Assembly: GCF_009914755.1 (NCBI RefSeq)
Contig: NC_060926.1
DNA: 64,000 nt
Direction: 5' to 3' (one strand)
Source: the human T2T-CHM13v2.0 reference genome, Homo sapiens
The position numbers and the translations under genes are program-made. A model generated the notes under the pieces. It did not search any database. It was given only the letters and a program-made list of their open reading frames with translations, and was not told where the DNA came from. This document shows, one piece after another, positions 55,109 through 64,000 of this stretch. Positions within the stretch are counted from its first letter, which is position 1. Each line of letters begins with the position of its first letter.

Positions 55109-57455
55109 CAACAGATACTAATAACAGGCTGTCATCTGCATTATGGGTTCTTTCATCATTTCTAGTCCTCGCTTTAATCCTCAGCAGCCTTTGAGCCAAT
55201 GTATTTCTTTTGGTTTCTATTGCCAATAATATCCTCTGGGAGAATCAGTGAAGAACATTTAAGAAGCAAACTCCTTTTTAGCTTTTCAGGTTCTAAAGTG
55301 TTTCAAATACTGAAAAGCCCCATGGTTGGTGCCCTCTTCCCTATGAGCCCTGTGCTGTGAGTGGGGTTGCGTCCCTGGGGCAGTACCCACCTGGCCTGTC
55401 CAGGCTTCAGAGTTCCCTGCATTTGGGGATGTACCCAGATGCGCCCTCTGGGAGACGGCCCGGGGTGAACGCGTGCTAAAGGGCCCTGACTCACTGGTTC
55501 AGCCCCGGAATCTCCTTTGCTGCGCCTTCACATCCTCCCCCTTTCCTCCTTTATTAGAAATCAATTTGGGTTAATTTAAGAAGCTTCTCTGCCAAAACCA
55601 TACTGGCCTCAGGGAAAGTTCAGTTCATTAGTCACTCAAAGCAGGTGCACCTTATTCTAATAATGTGATGAGTGCCTTCTGCGCAGCTGCAGCAGGGACT
55701 TCAGGCCTGACTGGAGCTGGAGGAAGAAAAGGTCGTTCCAGGGTGGAAGAGGATGGGGGGAGGGTGTGGCCAAAGAGGGGGTGTTTTGCTGCGCAGGCGA
55801 GACGAGGTGCAGCGAGGCCGCAGGCCCCGAGCCCTGCCTGGGAACAGCGAGTGCTTCTGGGACGTTGCTGTTATTACCAGAAGGGCCTCCTGCAGGGGAG
55901 GGCAGGAGCCTAGACTCCACTTCCGCAAAGAGTCCTGCTGTCTGTGTGTCCTCAGGGAGCCTGGGAGGAGAGGAGCTTCCTCGGGCCCCTGCACTGCTCC
56001 CTGCTCACTGCACCCCAGGAGGGGAGGAGGGGGCAGAAAAGAGAGGAGAGGCCCAAGATCTGCATTCCTGGACACAGTCAACTCCACCCACCTGGCAAGG
56101 AGTGGCAAGGAGGCTGTGTCCAGGGTGCTCAGGGAAGCCCAGCCCCAGGGCCCGCAGCTGGGCCCCTCTAGCAGCACCACTCTCTGCTCTCAGATCTTAT
56201 CCCCGTTGAGGTTGGACTAAAGCTCTGGACTCTCCAGCCTTCCTGACGATAAATGCAGCCATTAGGATTCACTACCCTCTGCCCTCTCCGCATGCCCGCT
56301 TCCCTTCCTGGCTCCCCAGAGCGTCTGCACTTCATTCAGAAGCGTGAGAAGCCGCAGGATTGGTCGAGGGAATAACAAGGTGATCCAGGCATCGCTGAAT
56401 TGCTATGTATTATTTATGAATAAAATTTCTTCCAAGATGTTCATTTTCCCCCTCCTCTCCTCCCTAGAGTTTCAGGAAATGCATCCACGTGTATAGGAAG
56501 CCTGTGTCTGGCGATGTCAAGTAGTGCATTAGATAATATTCACGGCCCTGCAGAGTGGCTACCGAATTACAAGGAACGGATCTTTTAAAATCTGTTGTAT
56601 TATGTAGGGGGAGCTCAGTTTCCCTCAGCAGGAGACAGAGGGTGCGTTTATCTTAAGGATGCAACCAGAGGCTTGCGAAGGCTCACACAGAGCCTGCCAG
56701 GCCCCCAGGCAGTCCTTTCTGAATAAGGGTAAAAGAGGGCCCTAGGATCCTACAGGGTCTCTGGGTCGCCTTTGTGGTTGGCTCCTCACTGGGCTCTCTT
56801 TAGGCAGAGGCTGCACGGCACACACAGCCAGGCGGCCACAGTGCCTTGCTCTCTCAGACCCCATCCTGTCCACTGGGGATATGTGGATGGCAGGTGGGCG
56901 GGGGCGGCTCTGAGTGACCCAGAGCCTCTGGGCCCCTCCTGCGTGTGCAGCAGAGGCCTGGCCCCCTAGGTGCTTCTGGGGCACCCCAGAGCAGGCCAGG
57001 CTGAGTCCAGAGAAGCTGCTGCCCCATAGTCCTCACCCCACTCCAAAGCGGCTGTCCCTTTCTCAGAAAAATATAGCCTCCTGCACAGTTCTTAAATACT
57101 GCCTTGCTTGCCAGCTACATCAGTCCACGGTATGAACAGAAGTGAAACAGAAGTCCCTGATTAGAAATCACCCTCCAGCACCACTGGCTTTTTCTCACCC
57201 TGTGAAGGCACTGGAAGCAGGACTACAGTGATGCTGGGCCCCGGCGGGGGATGCGGGCAGGTGGGAGGAGCTGTGGGAACGCCCCACCACCGTTATGCGG
57301 ACCCCAGGTCTGTGAGCTGCAGGCAGAATGCGTGCTGGTCTTCAGATCTGTCTATGCCGTTGGCTCTGTGTGTGAGTTGCTCACCCAGAATAAATTCCTC
57401 CTGTTCCCATTATCTAAAAATGCTGTCTCATTAGGAGTCCAGGCCTGTTTGTTGG

Positions 57456-57612
57456 CCACGATTCTCAAACTCAGGCAGCATCAGAATCAACCCTCTGGAG
57501 GGGTGGCTAAAACCCAGATTGCCGGTGCCAGCCTTAGCTTCTCACTTAGCTGGTCCCAGGTGACGCTGATGTTCTGGATCAGGGAACCCCACTTGGGGAA
57601 CCCCGGCTCTAG
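57456..57612. mobile_element. MER5A-like hAT-Charlie element
   Basis: gattctcaaact..gcatcagaatca..ctggagg..taaaacccagattgc..tcccaggtgacgctgatg..ccacttggggaacc..ctctag. Confidence 0.75.
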
Positions 57613-57699
57613 GAAGGCGGCCCCGCCTCCCACTCTGGACGGGGCTTAAAGGTTCTGAGGATGTCTGACTTGCTTGTCAGTGGCACTCAGGAATGGCTG

Positions 57700-58001
57700 T
57701 GGGACCCTGGTTGTTGGTATCTCTGTAAATCCTCTTTTCTTCAGGGAGCTTCCAGAAAGGCCTTCCTGCAGCCCTCTCTGGACACTGAGGGCAGCTGTCC
57801 AGCCAGGAGTGGCCACAGCCTTCTCCCACAACAGAGGTGAACACAGCAGGAGGTGCAGGAGGATGGAGCAGAAGGCCTGAGTTAAGTCATCCTCGGCACT
57901 TCCTCTCAACATGCAGTTCAGGAAAGACAGTGATTCGGTGTTGTTCAGGCCAGTTTGAGGTGGGTTTCCAGGTACTGCAGGCAGCAGCATCCTAAGTCAC
58001 A
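57700..58001 (+). mobile_element. MLT1 (MaLR LTR) remnant
   Basis: 3' end ggccagtttgaggtgggtttccaggtactgcaggcagcagcatcctaagtcacac resembles old MLT1 LTR termini; left boundary uncertain. Confidence 0.55.
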
Positions 58002-59078
58002 CTGAATCTTCCAGATGAAAACACCAGTATCTTATTGAAGCAACGTTATGACCAGGGGATTGTTTCTTTCCTCTAAATCTTTACTAATTTTGGCAGGAAG
58101 AGAATATGGAAATTGGCGTTTCAGTCCTATTTTGGGGTCTAACCCTGAAAGCGCTGTTCTCTTTGGGGCAGGCCAGAGGGGACAGAAGAAACATCCACTT
58201 CCCAGAGCCGGACTCAGGAGGGTCCTCATGATTACTGCCCGCTCTCCTCAAGTTGTGCCTGTGAGTGACACTGGTAATAAGAGCAGGTGGACAGCCCCAG
58301 ATAGGGGACTCGAAGAGCCGGGTCCCAGCGATGCTCATGAACCTGGCTACTCCAGAAGTATTTGCCGTGAGTGCAGATTCCAGGCCCTCACTGTACCCAG
58401 GATAGTCTTCTGAGCCAGCTTAGATGGGTGTGGTGAGAGGACTCTCATACTTTCAGCCCCAGCCCCCATCTCACCAGCCATCCTTGCTTCTCTAATGAGT
58501 GGGGTGCACACCCCTGAGTAGTTGCAATGGACAGAGATCTCCACAGAGGAGCTCATGGTGTCCATGAGAGGGGCATCCCGTGGTCGGCAGAGGCTCCAGG
58601 CACACAGGGCAGAGAGCTGGCTCAGGGTTCCCGGGGGCTCTGTGGTTGTGCTTTGTGGCTGCGGGGAATTGCACAGCTGGGCCACTGTCACATCAGGACT
58701 CCCTCTCTCCACACTTCAAGATCTCCATAGCGGCTGCCCTGCCTTTTCTAGAATCCCCACATGGATGAGGGTGGTGAGAACTGAACTGTGGTGTTTCAGT
58801 GGGTAAACCTCAGACAACAGCTGTACTGCACGCAAATTTCTTCTGTGTATTCTGTTGATGTTCCCAAGTTCCCAAATTGTATATTTTTTAATTATTAGTT
58901 CAAGAAATCAGAACAAGATTATAATTGTGAAATCTGGCCTTGACCAATACAGGTCATATACATTACAGACTGTTCATCAGTATACTTATTGTTTTCAGTG
59001 CCCTATCTGAAAATAACTATGTTCCTTCTCCTTGAATTGGAATTATTTAAAAAATATATCTCCTTTTACCAAATGTCA

Positions 59079-59238
<160 letters not shown>

Positions 59239-59410
59239 CATGCTCTAAGATGCATTACATGCTTTGCATGTATTAAATCCACCGAATTAATCATGTTGCA
59301 TTCACAATACAACAACACAGGCCATGCCCAGAGGTGTGTCTCCTGGGGCTGACGCACTACAGACAGGCACCAGGCAAACTACTTTCTTTAGGATGATGGC
59401 CAGGTGTTCA

Positions 59411-59881
<471 letters not shown>

Positions 59882-62800
59882 CTGAGCAACAGCAAGCCTG
59901 GACGTCACCTGTTTGATTCTCTTCTTCACCCAAGTAAACCCCTAGACCTCAAAATCTTGGCTCCATGTGCAACTATGCCATGCTATCAAACTAATGTTAT
60001 AATATGCATGCCCTATCTTCTGATTTATAATATCAGTGATGAATAGTACAAGGACGGGCGTGCATAAAGCTTACGGGGAGGGTGTGGGGGTGAGGCGTAC
60101 ACAATGTGTCTCATAAAGAATGAAGGAGAGCTATTTATTCTCACGGATTCATGGAGTAAAGCACAGATAGCCTGGTTTGGAGGCTGCGTGCACAGAATTT
60201 TTCATAAATATCCCACAGTGTACCCCATTGTACAGCAGCCACACGTTAATTAGAGCATTCAGCAGACACTGCAATGTATTCCACGCACCCAAGTGGATCT
60301 TCATTTTTCACATGCAGGGCCTTACTAATTAAAATCAGTTTTGCAATTAAATGTGGAAAATTGTGTTAAACTTTCAAGCGTGGTTAGAAAAAAATGCAAT
60401 TATTTTTAGGATATTTTATTTTAATGCAAATGAAATTTCTATCTATGTGAAACTGGTAAAGGGGAGATATAGGAACTCCTATTTTTCTCTCTGTCTTCCT
60501 CTCTGTTTCTTCTTTTTTTATTTATTTTTGGATTATAGATGCTCCTCTCAGTTGCAAGTTGCAATGCTCCACATCTCTCAGCCAGCACCTGGCTCTGTTC
60601 CAGGGCTTTTAGTGAGTGCTCTCTGTCAAGGCATGAATAATACAGCCCCTAGGCTGTTGGCAGACTCCAAATGAGGCGTGCATACATCAGGAAGCAAGCC
60701 CTTGACTTTAGCTCCAGAACAGCCTCCTGTGAAGACAGGCAATTATTCACCACGCTGTGCCATGGCACCCACACTGGCAGGCAAGAGGCGTGCGGAATGG
60801 AGAGGGGGTCTGAGTGAGGGTGTGTGCCGCAAGCCAGAGGGACCCCAGTCATGTTCTAATGAAAAGGAAAAGCCATCACTTGGAGATTTTAATTTTTAAG
60901 TTTCAAATGAAATGATTTGACTCAGTGTACCCTACATTGGGAAGGATTTGAATGTACTACCAATACCCATCACCTAACTTTCGGGTGTTTATTGAGTGTA
61001 CAAAGACTCTGATGCTAAATTGCAGGGTTGGAACCCTAAGTTCAACAAACAAATCATTAAAACAGTCCAGTGAAGGTTAAATGGGAATAAAATCCATTAC
61101 ATTTCAGAAATAAATTCAGAGGGATCACAAAACAGACATGTGAGGAATGAGGCCTTACTAGGAATTTCCTCTCTCTCTCTCTGGTGAATTGGCAGCTTAT
61201 ACAAAAATCACCATTTGGAAATAAGTGTGTCCAATTCATTCCAAATGTCTTAGCATGTGTATCACTGTTGCAAGGAAGGTTAAAATTCAAATTTCTGTAA
61301 TCAGTTAATAGTAATCTGTAATAAATATTAACAAATTTTGATTATTCCTATTTCTAATTTTTATTGGGAAATTTTAGGAAAAAGGATTTCAGAACAGCAA
61401 GTTGACCATTATTTTGATGATTAAATTTCGTTTCTATAGATTCCATTCTAACCACTAACTTGCACTTTGTTTTTAACACAAACAGTATTTTATATCAACA
61501 TGCAAAGCCAAAAAAAACCTGAATATAAGGCACTAGAATTTTTCATCTTAGTCAAATGTTCAAAAATAGATTATTGCAGACATGTTGACATGCGATATTT
61601 TAGCTGGAATGCCAGCATCAGTTCATGAAATATTCTGGATGAATAACAACGTCTCTTTAGCAGGTACTTGAGCCCCACTAAACAATCACCTACACAGACA
61701 GAGAGGAAGGTGTGGTTTCTTTCAATGTATCCCTGCCCTTCAGGAGATAGCAGGCTTTGGTGTGAGGATGCTGCCAGGAAATGCTGAGCCTCCAGGCCTC
61801 ACCCCGTGATGCTTCCCCTGCTCAGGTGTCTGCATTAGGCAATGAGCTCAGTAGCAGCAGATGCAGCTCCCCAGGCCTCCCACACCAATGCAGCGTTGCT
61901 CAAACCACGCACTTTGGGCAGATTCACCCCACTTATCTCCACGGGGCCTTCCCAGCCAGCAAACTGCTACGAGGGTGAGGAGAAGAATATGCAGCAGCTT
62001 CCTCAATGTCAAGGTTGGTGACTTCCTAGTAGGCCACTGTTTTCCTTCCATCTATCCACAAAACAATAGCGGACGGTACACCGGGACAGCTTCTGTCTTC
62101 CATGTTTTAAATGCCTGGAGGCCACACCAGGCTGACTTGCACAGTTGGGAGACTGCAACACAGGGACTTACTCTTCCTTGATATTGGGGACCGAAACTAA
62201 ATCTTGGGATACTCACTTAGGATGACTGAGGTTTGCTTTGTGAGCTTGGTGGCTGGACACCAGGTTTGAGGCACCAGTGCCCCCGGCCACCTCTGAGTGT
62301 GGTGTGGGGAACATGGAGGTGCTCGGAGCAGCTGAATGGGCTGAGCCACGTGTGCAGCCATCTAACAATGGGCGCAGAAACACAGGTGACCATGTGCAGG
62401 AAAGACCACATGAGCACGTTCACTCGTGATGTAAGCATTACTTCTAGCCCTGCTTATAAAATTCACCGTGTTTTTGTCATTTATATGCTAATATCACAAG
62501 ACAAAAACCTCAGTTGGGAAAAGCAAAAGGCAAATTCAGGTGACTGGCTAATAATGACGTTTCTGAAGATAAATATTTGTCATATTTGTTAGCTTCCTAG
62601 GAGGTCTGGCCTGATGACCTGTATCAGGGCCCAAAAATGTTGAGTAAGCTTGGATCCCTGCTGGGCAATGTGTGGGATGGAAACAGTTTTCCTTCGCTGC
62701 CAAGAGTGTCTGCGTCTCTAAGGAGCTGACTTAATGCTTTTATCAGATCCTGGAACTCTGTCCTTCGCCTTTCTCACTGGTTCCTTGGTAGCCAAGAGAC

Positions 62801-63478
62801 CCAGAACAAAATGTAACACCACATTAAGACCCCCGATGTATCCTGAGTTTTCAGTAAAATTAGGTGATCATTTTCCTTATGTTGTTCCAAATTTATATTT
62901 TGATTTAAGGTTTACCATTGTAGTTGTACATAGGCTTATCAGTTATTTCAAATTCTTCATAAACTATTAACACCAGTAAATAACTACAGAGATTATCTTT
63001 TGTTCAAAGACAGGATTTGGAAATTAATGTAGAACATCCAATAAAATAAATATTATAACCTTACTCCTACCAAAAAATTTTAACCAGAGTTTTAAATCAT
63101 AAACTCCTTTTTAAAATTATTTTCTTTCCCAGGTATTAAGCACTGGTTGATCCTCCTCTATTCTCAATTTCGTACAAGCCCGTAACTATACAACAATCAC
63201 ACTAAAAAAAAAATCCACTCCAGCCACTTTCAAAGAGACCCAGAACACCACTGAGGAGGCGTGGCTCACCAAACAGACTGCCAGATCCCACTGCCAGATC
63301 CCACAGCTTTCTGAGACCCACAGCAGATCCCGCAGCTGTGGCAGAGAGGGTGACGTATGGCCCCCAGAAACTACCATAGCGTCTGTCCTACAAAGCAATA
63401 AAATTGTAAACTACAATTGTGAGAAACATTTGATTTCCTTAAAAATCTCTTATGTTGAAAATTAAAGACTAAATGGCA

Positions 63479-63908
63479 GGCTGGGCATGATGGCTCATGC
63501 CTGTAATCCCAGCATTTTGGGAGGCTGAGGTGGGCAGATCACTTGAAGTTAGGAGTTCGAGACCATCCTGGCCAACATTGTGAAACCCCATCTCTACTAA
63601 AAATACAAAAATGATCTGGGTGTGGTGGCATGCGCCTGTGATCCCAGCACTTTGGGAGGCTGAGGCGGGTGGATCACTTGAGGCCAGGAGTTCGAGAGCA
63701 CCCTGGCCAACATGGTGAAACCCCACCTCTACTAAAAATACAAAAATTAGCTGGGCGTGGTGGCGCACACTTGTAATCCCAGCTACTTGTGAAGCTGAGG
63801 CAGGAGAATCACTTGAACCTGGGAGACAGAGGTTTCAGTGAGCTTAGATTGTGCCACTGCACTCCAGCATGAGTGACAGAGTGAGACTCTGTCTCAAAAC
63901 AAAACTAA
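63479..63908 (+). mobile_element. Trimeric Alu (left-left-right arms) with 10-bp TSD
   Basis: Two left arms, each ending ctctactaaaaatacaaaaat, then one right arm; flanked by actaaatggc at 63468 and 63909. Confidence 0.93.
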
Positions 63909-64000
63909 ACTAAATGGCTGGCATCATTTTATTACTTGGTATTCCTTTCCTAAAAAAGAAAAATTGATTTTTTACATTGCTGATGCCCTACATCTACCTC

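Overview
Primate, almost certainly human, genomic DNA from inside the minus-strand neuronal transcription factor gene MYT1L (C2HC/CCHHC zinc-finger family, human 2p25.3). Three consecutive coding exons resolve to the base: 30971-30619 (end of zinc finger 1 plus the acidic Glu/Asp tract), 10898-9921 (large 978-nt exon) and 4974-4840 (complete CCHHC finger 2). The rest is intron. It holds 11 Alu elements, several with clear target-site duplications, a near-full-length Tigger1 with a decayed transposase, MER1A/MER3/MER5A, L1/L2/MIR/MaLR fragments, and many minisatellites (units of 38-103 bp). It also has a ~750-bp pyrimidine tract and TCTA arrays. Nearly all other ORFs in the track are repeat-derived or chance. 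I see no evidence of a new multi-gene system. The best leads are: an antisense TATA/Inr/splice-donor cassette near the large exon; frame-symmetric exons bracketed by inverted Alus, giving possible circRNAs with a stop-free ORF; a VNTR carrying six neurogenic E-boxes; a VNTR open on both strands with a strong Kozak ATG; and a probable L1 3' transduction nested in Tigger1. Repeat family calls come from recalled consensus sequences, not a database search.
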